DNA of 63,208 nt, counting the filler, from Stramenopiles sp. TOSAG23-2 (lineage: Eukaryota): assembly GCA_900128395.1 (NCBI GenBank). It is 12 parts of 12 records of this genome, joined end to end, with 100 filler letters (N's around TTAATTAATTAA, not from the genome) between each part and the next. Parts side by side here need not be neighbours in the genome. Positions count along the whole stretch, not along the records: positions 16,930 to 22,467 come from LT650648.1; positions 22,568 to 28,104 come from LT650649.1; positions 28,205 to 33,734 come from LT650650.1; 9 more parts are not named here. One strand, given 5' to 3'. Positions within the stretch are counted from its first letter, which is position 1; each line of letters opens with the position of its first letter. This document shows, piece after piece, positions 21,601 through 33,734 of this stretch. The translations under genes were made by a program, and so were the position numbers. A model generated the notes under the pieces. It was given only the letters and a program-made list of their open reading frames with translations. It was not told the origin of the DNA and did no database searches.

Positions 21601-21897
21601 GCAGTCCTTATCGGTTTTGCATAATTTATACGTACTAACAGCAGCAGGAGCACCTTGATCTATCGGTATATCTACGTGAAATGCAACTAATACACCGGCA
21701 AGAACACCCATGAGTATAAAGAAGCCTGTACCAAGATACAGGTATTTCTTCTTTACTCCACACACTCTTTCCCTTTCTTGTTGTGATACTCTCCTAACTC
21801 TACCAGATGATTCGTCATATTTATATTGCATGATATTTTTATTTTTTTTACTACCTCCATCAACGATCCCAGATGGTGGATCGTACATGGTATCCAT
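18625..21897 (-). CDS. Membrane-anchored pappalysin-type (M43) zinc metalloprotease
   Basis: N-terminal TM helix; LGWAFPP; zinc motif HELGHSLGLWHTF; GDFCSDT; Met-turn NNIMSY; His-rich and Cys-rich accessory segments. Confidence 0.85.
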   Translation of the reverse strand: MDTMYDPPSGIVDGGSKKNKNIMQYKYDESSGRVRRVSQQERERVCGVKKKYLYLGTGFFILMGVLAGVLVAFHVDIPIDQGAPAAVSTYKLCKTDKDCLGDLECFLSDDVIEDESERAKEYHGQCLKPTETIRHCKKSTDCTKGYVCTIDNENFRGMCAKQPAMEETPSMNIDFVQKLSSNPERRRLGASGQVCCNAYIASCLACSNGQSVEEYCAENMHGDVPGCPEHHHHHHDHEEGKVTKTIEEKIHHHHDHRLNVHEEHHDHDHTETVKTHSNGIVSKEKQRWKSEGIMHPYNPSGDHDDGVCGAAKKPRQFLDENGNKVKHSNGRRLASIGSQCAYHQCDIPENRDKFLNVKLTSKIPVEYYVVTDENGNYPSRRVEADFADSIDLLNQKYGPMGLEFNGEIKGIKNNDLFMMNVGAIDSWKSKLEGTMVQDILIEKGFNAQKTLFPVKPLSVMKGKYDWQYLRTGDTLQIHRSVEKGFAADELMEEGLIETKAADEMKKDESKHGKRSRMLRQATYGYDQPRTYNRERHSYNGPASSSYGNQRRQYYQPRPYNRRSHPYWGPAPRQRRPSYGSRYSRRSRQYRKIIKSYKKDKLRLKHKLTRMFIKLFLDERKEKETTVEEPEEATTTTTVLEKEASPPAVGNTDANSDTFSDAFTIYVYKCTTCKIVEELCPIVSSETPTCEVVDKVEKTFAELENSAYEFKPQGTGWYAIQLDFSKSGPTTEQKVLQLNVKMDGSYMSTEDIFEKMGTRKKETNALQFYIFNVAVDKYLGWAFPPAHATDLELGTVVINNYRLTKGSSTLPHELGHSLGLWHTFHGTHEQGVYDENGDVVFDGETKEQVKKRNNQFEQLLKKKTKVGNLKKARALAAKGFKNLKNEMKENPLEFIADQGSCPVCVESPGAPDSYRDRVGDFCSDTRPIPKQFQCENPSSDGICGSNWGETPYNNIMSYGKDTCREVFTAQQKARMLCYIHTVPKLAKMMNLKVVENVGAFTSSESALDVAAFDALVDDIDEVGHPFGSDEGRSVERSGKKNVAKAFPNHWGQPPLMQTRDLVKLPKEYGYGSSTLKHWIMKNMEKDGNPIV

Positions 21898-23199
21898 TAT
21901 TACTATTATTATTGTTGTAGTAGTTTCTTTGTCAATTTTCTTTTCATAAATTTAATTCAATGTCTTGTTGTTGTGACATATTTATACTTCTTGTTGTTGT
22001 GACATATTTAGTTCTTTTACAAAACATAGTATTATTCAATGTTGTTGCAAAATAGATTTATAAAAAATAGTTGGAAACTAATACTCAAGCCTATGCCCAT
22101 GCTATTTTGTCAACAAAAATATTGATATCCAAATCATCTGCTGAAACAACAAAAAGCTGAAACAATGAAAATCAACCTAAAAATGAATCAGGATTTAGAT
22201 ATTGTTGGCTGAAAAAAGTGATAATCATAGGTAATGTTTATTATGTTTATTATACTACCAAGTACTAAATTATCCCCCCTTTTGTGCTTATCCTCAACAA
22301 TAATTAATGTTAGTTCTAGCCCAGTCGGTCCATTAATTACTGACGGAAAATTTAGCACTACATAGCACTAAAAACAAGATTTCAGGTGAAAATATTTTCC
22401 GTCAGTAAATGAATTATTTCTATACCTGGGTTTTTTAATTATGGAATTATATAGTCAAAATATAGCGNNNNNNNNNNNNNNNNNNNNNNNNNNNNNNNNN
22501 NNNNNNNNNNNTTAATTAATTAANNNNNNNNNNNNNNNNNNNNNNNNNNNNNNNNNNNNNNNNNNNNAACTGAATTTGCACTATTTGGAAATTCAGAAAT
22601 TAACGAATTGATATCGATTGAAGCACTCATTTTAATAAAAGGTTGAAGTTTAGTAAATATATACAAAGATGAATATATAATGTTGATTCTAATAATATAT
22701 CTTTTTATGACTGACGGGAATAAATATTTTGTTGTTGTTGTGCAGGATATAATAAAGTTTTTAAATAAATAAATAACTAATATAGGTTGTTATTAAAATA
22801 TTATACTAATAATAGTGTGCTATAATATTATAGTATAGTATTAATAGTCCTGGTATTTTAAACAGGGTATTTATTAGTAATAAACGAGAGAAGAAAAAGC
22901 TGGAAAGCTGGAAAGCTGCTGAAGGTATAACGAAACTACCACCATGGTGGTATACGTAGGCTAGAACATTAATAGCATTCTCACAGCACTAATAATGTCT
23001 AGACTTCACATCCATCATCGTAATCATTTTTTTTTGCAATATATGGTGGAGTGTGCGAGTATGGTGATTTACCACAGCAGCGTTGCAAGTGCAGTTGTTG
23101 TTTGCACGGAAAAAGATACTATATCTTCTACAAAAAATTATATACCAGAAAACAACGTTGGACAGAATTATTTGATGAAAAAATTATACTTGCTACAAG

Positions 23200-24339
23200 A
23201 TGAATTATCAAATTAAATTGAAACGAAATCCAACATCACGAATACCAAATATAGAAGATGATTTTGTATATCAACATGATGGCCTCGTTCCAAAACCAGA
23301 AAATGGGCAAGCACTTGTTAGAACAATTTATTTATCTTTAGACCCATATCAATGGTATCGAAGAATGAACGGAGTAGAAAAAATTGGTGATGTTTGTCAT
23401 GGACGGACTGTATGCCAAGTTGTTAAATCAAAAATGAAAGAGTATAACAAAGGTGATTATGTTTTTTGTACAAATGGATGGCAAGAATACAGATTAATAG
23501 GGCGGGGTATTAGTAACTTCAACTATATGTTTCCAAGAAAACTTGACATCAATATAGCGCCAATTTCAACAGCTATTGGAATCACCGGAATGCTTGGTTT
23601 AACTGCATATAGTGGCATGATACTACAATGTCAACCAAAAGCAGGGGAAACTGTTGTAGTATCTGCTAGTTCAGGCGGTGTTGGTCAATGTGCGGTGCAA
23701 ATGGCAAAAATTTTTGGCTGTAGGGTTGTTGGAATAGCAGGTGAAAAAAAAAAGGTTGACTTTGTGAAAACTTTAATTGATGACTGTGTTAGCTATAAAA
23801 GCTCGTAAGTAAATTATATTCCCGTAAACCTAATCATGATATCCTCTCTCTCTAACGCATCCCTCATTTTTACGCTACGCTCCACCAGCACTTTTGCCAT
23901 GGATTTAAAAAATGCTTGTCCAAATGGCATAGATTGTTATTTTGAAAACGTAGGAGGCGATGTATTTGCTGCTGTTTTACCACTATTAAATGAAAACTCG
24001 AGAATTAGCCTTTGTGGTTTAATATCACGAATGAACAATGACGATGCCCCCGATAATGCACATAAAGAATGGTTTCAACAAGGCAATAGTACATTTAAAA
24101 GTAAGAATGTTACGCCACATCGTTTATTTGTCGGTGATTATGTCCAATCACATCAAGATGAATTTTTAAATAAGATGGCCAGTTGGATTAAAGAAGGTAA
24201 GATAAATTACAAAGAAGACATTTACAGGGGCCTTGAAAATGCACCAAAAATATATAAAAACATGATGATTGGTGGCACATTTGGTAAAACGTTAATTCAA
24301 GTTGGACCAGACCCTACAAAAAGTGCTAGCAATTTGTAA
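23200..24339 (+). CDS. NADP-dependent alkenal/prostaglandin reductase (PTGR/CurA-like MDR); two exons 23200-23804 and 23889-24339
   Basis: LVRTIYLSLDPY, GMLGLTAY, VVSASSGGVG, CPNGIDCYFENVGG. Removing the intron joins the two track ORFs in frame (VSYKSSTFAMDL). Confidence 0.9.
23805..23888 (+). other. Spliceosomal intron (84 nt)
   Basis: GTAAGT donor, CTAAC branch point at 23852-23856, pyrimidine-rich tract and CAG acceptor; contains an in-frame stop. Confidence 0.88.
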
Positions 24340-24431
24340 GAAGGAATATCACATATTGATGTACCGTCTGCATTTTTAATATCAATACTTCTTTTGCAAC
24401 AGGGGGAGAAGTAATGCATAATATATATATA

Positions 24432-24604
24432 CGTCCAGCGCGTTCAACGAGTGCACATGGAAGGATAGAAACCTACTCGTGCTTGTGGAGTATTTAGTGT
24501 TTGCAGACGTGCATTTAGAGCTTCACTATTAGTATGATAGAATATTATTCTCTTGAGATTGAGTATTGAGCATATTATTTACCCCCCGGGAAGTAAAATT
24601 ATTT
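24432..24604. repeat. Diverged dispersed non-coding repeat; second copy at about 39538-39729
   Basis: Colinear shared blocks ACATGGAAG.ATAGAAACCTA, TGCATT(T)AGAGCTT, ATTGAGCATA and AAGTAAAATTATT. Confidence 0.7.
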
Positions 24605-24794
24605 TATAATAATAGAGATTTTAACCATCATTTTTAATACGTGTGATATACTGTACGTAAGTTCGTACGTAAAGTTTAAACTGCGCTGCTGAAAATTAAA
24701 AAATTTATTCTTTAAATACATATGGTGTAGATGATTTTATAATACGAAGTTCGTATTCACCTTTACTCCTCTCGCTGTCTTTCTCTTCCTCATT

Positions 24795-27700
24795 TTAATT
24801 AATTGGTCCATCTACAACGCTTGGTGCGGAACATACACCTAAATCGCCAACTTTCAACGGAATTCCTTTATATGTTGCTACTTTGTCCGCGTTTGTTTTT
24901 AAGTCTACAGCCATTGCAGGCCAAATTTTTTTCTTTTTCATTTTTGCAGGAGTAGCAACAGGGCCTTCGTGCCCTTCTACAACTACACGATCACCAGGCT
25001 TTGCACCTGCAGGTGGATCAACAAATTCAACTACACCTTCTGCATTCTTGGCACATAATACCATACCATGGGATTTGAAGTTTGCTAATTTTGCTGCTTT
25101 TAAATTGCACACAGTTAGTATCATCCTATCTTGCATTTGTTCCAATGAATAATGTGCACGTAAACCACTTGCTATTTGCCTAGGTGCATCTTCGCCAACA
25201 TCGATTTCCTCGCAAAATAATTTATCGCTTTCAGGGTGATTCCATACTTTCACAATTTTACCAACGCGGATATCACATAGAGAGTAAAGACTAGCATTTG
25301 GGTCAGCAGGTGCACCACCTTTTTTCTTCTTATTTTGTTGCCCTTTTTGATCTTGCCCTTTTTTACTATTTCCCCATTTTGGCTTTGGCTTTGGCTTTTC
25401 CCATACTTTTGATGCAACTTCTGCATTTAATTGCTTAATGACATCATCAACTTTAGTTCCACGCACTTCTTCCTCTTCGTCGCGTTTTCTCATCGACAAT
25501 GTATCATTAGCTTTCTCATCTTGGCCAACAACCATGATGTAATTGTATTGAGCAACCTGTGCAGAACGAATCATTTTCTTTAATGTATTGCCTGACAAAT
25601 CGACATCAACAAAAAAACCAGCTGCACTCATACGTGCCTTTACACTTTCAGCATATTCATTCAATGCTTCGTGTACTGGTATGATAATCGCTTGGCGAGG
25701 TGACAGCCACAATGGCCATTTACCTCCAAAATGCTCCGTTAGAATTGCAAACATACGCTCGACACTACCAAGCATGGCACGGTGTACCATCACTGGACGT
25801 TCCATTCCAGGATCTGGTTCCGCACGAGAATTTGGCATTTCTTTGTATATTTTATCCTTTTTAGCATCTACTTCACTATCTTTCTTGCTTTTATCAGCGC
25901 CAGCATCTTGTGATTTGTCGCTNNNNNNNNNNNNNNNNNNNNNNNNNNNNNNNNNNNNNNNNNNCCAGCATCTTGTGCTTTGTCGCTACGATATTGTAAA
26001 TTGAAACGAATAGGAAGAACAAAGTCCAATTGTACGGTAGCACATTGGTGGACACGATCCATGCAATCGTACACTTTAATATCAATTTTAGGGCCATAAA
26101 ATGCGCCATCACCTGGATTGTCACGCCAATTTCCTGGTCCAGCAAATTTATCTAAAGCTTTTGCCAATGCATCTTCAGCAACATCCCAACGTTTACGGCC
26201 ATCTTCCGTATCTACTCCAATTGCTTTTTTTGGTCTGGTGGATCTTTCCAATTTAAATCGCATGCCCATAATGCCATAAACACTTTGCATGAATTCTAGC
26301 GCACCAATAACTTCATCCATGATTTGATCAACACGGCAAAAAATATGCGCATCATCTTGTTGAAAGCGGCGTACTCTGGTCAACCCAGTTAATGCACCTT
26401 TAAGCTCGTTCCTATGCAACACACCGAAATCAGCCATTCGAATTGGCAATTCTCGGTATGAACGCTGCCTGTGGCGAAAGACTAAACAATGCCCGGGGCA
26501 ATTCATTGGTTTCATTGCGTATTCTTCTTTGTCTGCAGTATTGAACAAAAACATGTCGTCCTTGTAATGCTCGTAATGGCCACTAATTTTCCACAAATCT
26601 GTACTGAAAATATTTGGCGTAACTACTTCTTGATATCCACGTGTCCAATATTCTGTTTTGATATAATCAACTAATTTATTATATATTCGAGCACCATGTG
26701 GCATAAAAAAGCAACTGCCTGGACTAAGTTCATGGAAGAAAAATAACTCTTGCGCCGTACCTACTCTGCGATGATCGTTTTTTTTACGCATTTCCATATC
26801 TGCTTCCCATTTCTTCAATCGCTTTTTATCAGGGAAAGATATAGAATATACACGTTGCAATGAATCTGCTTCTGCATCACCCATCCAATATGTTGCACTA
26901 TGTTTATATACTTTCATAGCTTTAATGTTATTTGTATTTGGAACATGAGGTCCTAAACATAAATCAACAAATGGTCCATTGCGATATACGGTAGTGCTTG
27001 TTCCTGCTGGTACTTTTGTACGAATAATTTCCCGTTTGAATACGTTATGATCAAACATTTCTAACGCTTCCTCTTTTGTTACTACTAAACGTTCAAAACT
27101 TTGTTTTTCACTAACAATTTTTTTAATTTCTTTTTCAAGTTTTGGGTACCATTTTTCCTCCGTACATACCTCTGTACCACAATACGTGTCATAATAAAAT
27201 CCTCCTTGAATTGGTGGTCCAATCGTTAAATGGCCACCAAATTGTCGCTCAATGGCTTGCCCAAGTATATGAGCACTACTATGCCAAAAGACCATTTTCC
27301 CGATATCATCATCAAAAGTCAATAGACGTAAGGTACAATCCCCTTCTAAAGGTCTTAGTAAGTCGAATAATTCAGATTTTTTATCGGCATCACGTTGTGC
27401 TAATTCGTCGTCTTCTGTTAATTCTACTTGACAAATTTTATCCTCGCCGTAACGCTCTCCAGTAAACAAAACTTCAGCCACGACTACCTTCTTTGCAAGA
27501 CTATTTGATATTTGTTTTGCAATATCCATAGGCGTTGTTTCCCACGATACACCTTCTTTCACGCCACCGTCTGGCATAGTAATTTTAATAGGATTCTTTG
27601 GTTTTTGTGCAACTAGGTCTGCACGTGCTGCTTTTACTCGATCAAATATAGCAACACGATCTACCAAAAATTTTGGATTTTCAGTCACAGCAAAATCGCC

Positions 27701-27865
27701 ACCAATTTTACCTTTTGCATCCAAAGTGTGTCCTTTACTTTCAATTAAACGTTCCAATTTACGGCCAGATACTTTTTTCTCTACGTCACCACCATCCGAC
27801 TGTGCTACTTTCAATTGTGCAAGCTCAGCTTCCAATTCATTTATACGATCTGCTATGGATGCCAT
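24795..27865 (-). CDS. TARS1: Cytosolic threonyl-tRNA synthetase with a C-terminal EMAP-II/Trbp111-like tRNA-binding domain (one gene spanning the N gap at 25923-25965)
   Basis: TGS domain; editing FWHSSAH and DLCLGPH; KPMNCPGH; LTRVRRFQQDD; GAFYGPKID; HRAMLGSVER; anticodon-binding domain; then DIRVGKI..HPESDKL..RQIASGL..CNLKAAKL..SHGMVLCA. Confidence 0.95.
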
Positions 27866-29114
27866 TGTAAAAAAACTTTATATATAAATTATGTGTGTGT
27901 AAGAGAAAATTTTTATACACGGAAGTGTATATATATATATAAAAATATTTACGTTCGTATGTCATATATAATTTTCGTACTTTTTGTTCGTATCAGTATC
28001 AAATATCATTTTTTACGTAAATTAATATTTGTTTGTAATGGTCAAAATCATAAAATAAAGCGAAAGAAGATTGTATCTTTTAATATTTTTAGACAAAGAT
28101 CAGTNNNNNNNNNNNNNNNNNNNNNNNNNNNNNNNNNNNNNNNNNNNNTTAATTAATTAANNNNNNNNNNNNNNNNNNNNNNNNNNNNNNNNNNNNNNNN
28201 NNNNCACTAATTAGGCCGCAATAGCAGGTAATTTTTCGTCAAAATAGTGCTGTGACGGCGTAAAAAAGTCTTAACATAGACATAGCATTAAAAATGAATG
28301 AAAAGGGGCGTGTTTTCCAATAGAGTTGAAATTACTTTGGAGGCTGCTATGTACCTGTTAGTGAAAATACAAGAAACAGCAAAATTCATGATATCGTAAT
28401 GCAAAGTCACTTAAAACACTCATAAATCTCCTTTATTGTACGCCTTTTGGTTAAGGAAAAAAATTAGTAGCAAACATTTATTGTCAAGAAAAGGTGTACA
28501 CTTCCACCGAAAAAACCGATTCTCACATAACAAAAAAACAAATCACCGTAAAAACCGATTCTTACATAAGAAAAAAACAAATCTCCGCCTTTTGGATACT
28601 CCTAATGAAGTTATAACACTGCTATATCGCACTTCTAGCCAACTACAATTCCATTAACACAGGTAAAAATTTATTCTTCTGTGTTAATGAAAGCCTCCTT
28701 AACTTTCTCCTTGTTTACGACATTTCCATCGTTTTTACATAAATTCAGGGCAGGGGTCCTTGCCTTTCACGGCACTTGGCACTTTTATTATTTATTATAC
28801 AGGGAAGTGCAAAAACGCAGAAATAAGGATAGAAAAAAAGAGGGGGAGAGAGAAATTTTTTGATGGTATTTTCATTGTGTTTTTTACCATTCTTCTGGCA
28901 CATGTTTTTGCAAAAGCAGCAAATACTACAGAGAATACGAGAATACAGTATTCAGACATACCAACAAGAAATACAAAAGTATACAACGATATATGGTAAC
29001 CAATAGACAGAGAATATTAGCCGTAAATCAAGAACGCATTATATACTAAAAAACCGTTTCAACACTCTTCACTTATAAATTTAAATTAAATATAACTAGA
29101 GTAAAAAGATTACA

Positions 29115-32100
29115 ATGTTTAGTTTAATTCGCTTCTTATTGATTTTAGTGTTTTGTTTTTTAAGTGTAGCTAATTCGCTGGAAAATTCAGCTCAAGTAGC
29201 TACTCCAGGCAAGGCTACTAATACTGAAGAACTAACTGAGAAACTTGCAGCTTATGAAATTAAACCAGTTAAAGATCCATACGCCGAATGGATATCATAT
29301 GATGTACCTGAAATTTTAAAAACACAACTACCAGATTCTAAGGGAGTGGTGAAAGACATAATTAGTCGGAAATGCACTTTAGAAAATGATGAAAAAGTGT
29401 TTCCTTCAGAAGCTTGTTTCAAAAAATGTTCTGAACCAGATAAAAAGTTATCAAAACATGATAAAAGACAGAATGAAAAAATAAAATTAGACAACGAGAA
29501 CAAAAGAAAGATGTGTGAGCGAGCAAAGTGTAAACTTGGATTCGTATGCTATTTTCAAGCATCAAGATTAGTGAAAGACGCCATCTTTGACATTCTTGGC
29601 TCTGGTGTCTGTCGTTTAATAGATAATGTTTTCACTGCAGATAATAATGACGTCAGCGAATCTGTTGTGACTAGCTGTAAGCGCCAAACTAATTATCGAA
29701 TGAGTGACGAATGGTACGGGAAAGGTAAGCGTGCTTATGTATTGGGAAATGGTGATGTCCTAGCTGCTGAAACTTGGGAAAAAGCACAACAGATGTTTCA
29801 CGAATTAGGTATGGGAATTGAACAAGATTTAGAAGAAGAAAAACGAAAAACGAAAAAAGTCTTTTGCAATTCAGAAAACGAGCCGACCAAGGACAAGTTG
29901 GACAAATTCAAAAAGGAAATTGAATCTTGGACCAAATACGTTTATAAAAGAATTTATGGCGATATCTTACAAAATGTGCAATATCGTTATAAAAACGATG
30001 AAAATCAGCGTAAAAAGGCAACGACTGCTGCTGAAAAAACAAGTAAAATGATTGCGACACTTTACTATGCGTTGATGTCATCTACTATTGATATAGTTCA
30101 AGAGGGCAGTAAGCTAGTGAAATATATACCTAAGAATAGTCGCAATTGGTGTGATTTGACAATGGACGTTCAAACGGCTTCAAGATACCATTTGCTATCT
30201 TCTAATTCAATGTTGTGCCATCACTGGTGTAAACAACCGAAAAATTGGGAAGCAATGATTAAGCACGTGTCGTTAAATATTGATATTTTTTCAAATTGTT
30301 TTTATGAAAACTTCCAAGACAAGAAGCCGTGCAAAAAGGAAAATTTTGAAAAATCAATAAATGATTTGCAAGAGTATGCGAATGAAATCAATTCTCTATT
30401 TCAGAATGCAAAATTTAACGAAATCAAGTTGAACATAGGAGACAAATTGAGGCCCGAAGCGAAAGCTAACGAGAAGGTTGTATTCAACAAAGATACAAAA
30501 ATGTCTACAAAAATGATATCCTCACGGTCAAAAGATAGTGTTGGAGGTATTGAGTTTACGTTGCCAGAAAATGCAAATAAATACAAAGGGTTGCAGGTTA
30601 CATTTGTTGATTTGTTTAAAAATCAAGCCAACTCTCATGAACATCGGTTTCAATTGACATTAAAAGAAGACCAATCTGTCGACTTTTTTGAATTTAGAGA
30701 AAGCCCAATAACAAATAAAAATATAAAATGGAAACACGGGGATAAGTTTAAATTATCATTCGATGCAAACAATATTTTTCACATTTTTTACAATGACGTA
30801 AAAGTTGAGACATTTAACCGGCCGGCATTATCATTTCCGTATTTAATTAAAGTGTCAGATATGAATAATGCAATAACAGATTTAAAAATGAAATTTGTGA
30901 AGAAAAAATCTAGGCATATTATCACTGGAAATGGTATGAAAGCGAATAGCAACGAAATGGCATTTTTACAAATTTCAGAAAATAAACAAGCATTAGCTGC
31001 AACTGGCGCCCAAGGCCCAAAAGGAGACAAAGGTGTAACCGGCCCCGAAGGAAAACAAGGCAAAAAAGGTTCTACTGGCCCCCAAGGAAACAAAGGTAAC
31101 AGTGGTAGAAACGGGGAAAAAGGTGCAACTGGCGCCCAAGGCAACAAAGGTAATCAAGGCGAAAGTGGTAAGAAAGGTGTAACTGGTACAGAGGGTAAAA
31201 TGGGTAACAAAGGTGATAAGGGCGCAGAAGGCAAAAGAGGTGAGAGGGGTATCACTGGCGCAGAAGGAAAAAAAGGTAATGACGGCACCGGTTTAAAATT
31301 GAAAGAATTTGCTGTAGGTAATAACTATACAAAAGGTGATTATGTATTTGCAAAATCAAGTAAGGATAAACATGATTCGATGTACGTAGCAGAAAAATCA
31401 TTCGTAGCAAGTAAATTACCATATTTGGATTTAAACTCTGGCAATTGGGTGGAATTTCGTGCACCACGCGGAGCAGAGGGAGCAAAGGGTGCTACCGGTA
31501 TAGAGGGAAAACAAGGCGAAATGGGTGGAAGAGGTGCAACAGGCGTTCGCGGGGAAGTAGGTGACAAGGGCGCCACTGGTATTCGAGGATTAAAAGGTGA
31601 TAAAGGGGCGACAGGTGCTCCTGGTAAATCAATCGCTGGACCCAAAGGTATCACTGGAAATGAGGGTAAAAAAGGTGTGAAAGGTCAACAAGGTGTGAAA
31701 GGTGTGAAAGGTCAACAAGGTATAAAAGGAAAGCAAGGAGTAAAAGGGCCAGAGGGAAAGCAAGGACCTATGAGAACGGATGAATTCTTTGTATGTAAAA
31801 AGAAAAGTCTATTTGTAGATGACATTAAACAAACCAATGAAAGCACCTGGTTACAAGCAAATCGCGAGAAAGTGGACTTGTGGTACAACAATATGTTTAA
31901 AAAACTTGAATCTATGAAAAAAGATTTATGTGATCTTGAATCTGTGAACGATATAAATGATATGTTCAATAAAACAAACATGCATAAAAATATACCGGAA
32001 AAACCAAAAGCGGATATTGGTACAATCATTCAACCAACGTCAGAGAAAAACAAAATTGTAAATGAAACTTTCCAAAAGCAAGAGCAAGATGCCGCAACAA

Positions 32101-33734
32101 AAGATATAGCTATACATAGAAAAATTAAAATTTTAAACACGATCATAGACAACTCCAACAATCCCGAGGAGATTAAATTGGCACTTTCAAAGGAAGCTCT
32201 TTATGTGAAAAAATTACATAAAGCTATGGACGAAATGACAAAAGATGGTAAAGAATCGGCGTTACAATTGAAACAGGTGTACGATGCTATTAATCCAATA
32301 GCAGAAGCAAAATCGAAAATTGCAGAATTGGAAGGGAATATGTCATCTGTAAAAACAGTTGTTGAAACCTTCAAAAACGAACATGAGAATGCATTACGAT
32401 CCGTTGATGGATTTAGCAATCAGGTTTCATCTGTTAAAAACCAATTAACAACCGTTATTGAAAAAATGATCACAATTGAAAACAAAACCGATCAACGAGA
32501 CGAGAGAGATGCAGAGAAGATGAGAAAAGAACAAGCAGATCCTACGAAAAGCAATGTACAAGATTTGATGGAAAAAGTTCAAACGATAGAGGGAAAACTA
32601 GAAGCTGAAGCAGCAGCCGCTGGAGTTGATACTAATAACAATAAAATGCCACTGGTATGTAGAGAGCCCATTGAGCTATATTCAAATTGCGATTTTAGCG
32701 GCAATAATAAAGAATCGCATTTATTATCAATGTCGAAGCAACAAGCAACATCCGCCCGGAACTATTTGACAAACATGAAAGATGTTCATGGGAATATTGA
32801 TGTAAACTTAGAGTCAGATGGTGGTGTAATCCAATACATTAAGACTGCCACTGTTCATGGTGTAAAGATACCAAATGGTTGCGCGACAACATTATATTAC
32901 AAAACGAAACAACTAAGTGGCAGTGCTTCGGAAAAGACTTTGTACAATGGAAGACGAATTGTTGGCCCACAAAACATTTGCATAAGATATAATCCAAAAA
33001 AAGTATTAGCAGCTGTGAAAATTGACGATATTGCAACTGTCACAAATCTAGCATCCAGCGTCGAAAATCTGGAGAAAAAAGTTACAGTTTTGTTACGAAG
33101 TGGCAAGAATAGGAGATCATTGTTGTCAATGCGTTTCACACATGGTGTTTTTCAGGGTAGTAATGCAGCAGAAGGAACAGGTATTGTTACAAGTTCACAA
33201 CATATTGCGAGTGCAATAAAAATGGCATTTTTACAAATTTCAGAAAATAAACAAGTATTAGCTGCAACTGGCGCCCAAAGCCCAAAAGGAGACAAAGGTG
33301 TAACCGGCCCCGAAACCGTTGTACTAGATTCTTTAAAAGATAACCTAAAGAAAAAAATTCAAGAGGTATACAAGGAAGAGACATCATTTGAAAATAATGT
33401 TGATTTAACACTGGGAGCTCCAAGTACATTTGAGCAAAATGAGTTAAAATACCACGAGCAATGGAAGCTGGACGAATTTACACTAAATCAATGCGCAAGT
33501 GCTAGAGATAATTGTGACATGGCAAATGAAACGGCAAAAGAGGTATTGGCAAGTAAACTTGCTTTATCGAGGGCTAATTCACCAACGCAAAAGCACTGTA
33601 AAATAAAAGAAAATAAGGATAAAAAATACCGTTCGAAATGTTTTTCGAATATAGAGTATGTAACCGATACGAAAACCATTAGGAAAGAGAAAATTAAGCA
33701 ATTAAGAGAATGCCTTGAGCAAGATTACTGCACG
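29115..33734 (+). CDS. Large secreted collagen-repeat/coiled-coil protein (3'-truncated)
   Basis: Signal peptide, Cys-rich N-terminal region, two Gly-X-Y tracts (about 31005-31290 and 31465-31770) and a coiled coil. Confidence 0.8.

Noticed and set aside
22337-22408. 15-bp inverted repeat TTACTGACGGAAAAT
   Set aside because: Real but isolated near a contig end, with no TSD or clear second copy, so it cannot be assigned.
25900-25990. Apparent split or frameshift of ThrRS
   Set aside because: Both sides of the N gap carry the same ~23-nt sequence differing by one base. Collapsing the overlap restores one frame, so this is a scaffolding artefact.
28505-28587. Two tandem 39-bp repeats and ORF 28436-28657
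   Set aside because: Simple local duplication; the ORF has no recognisable features.
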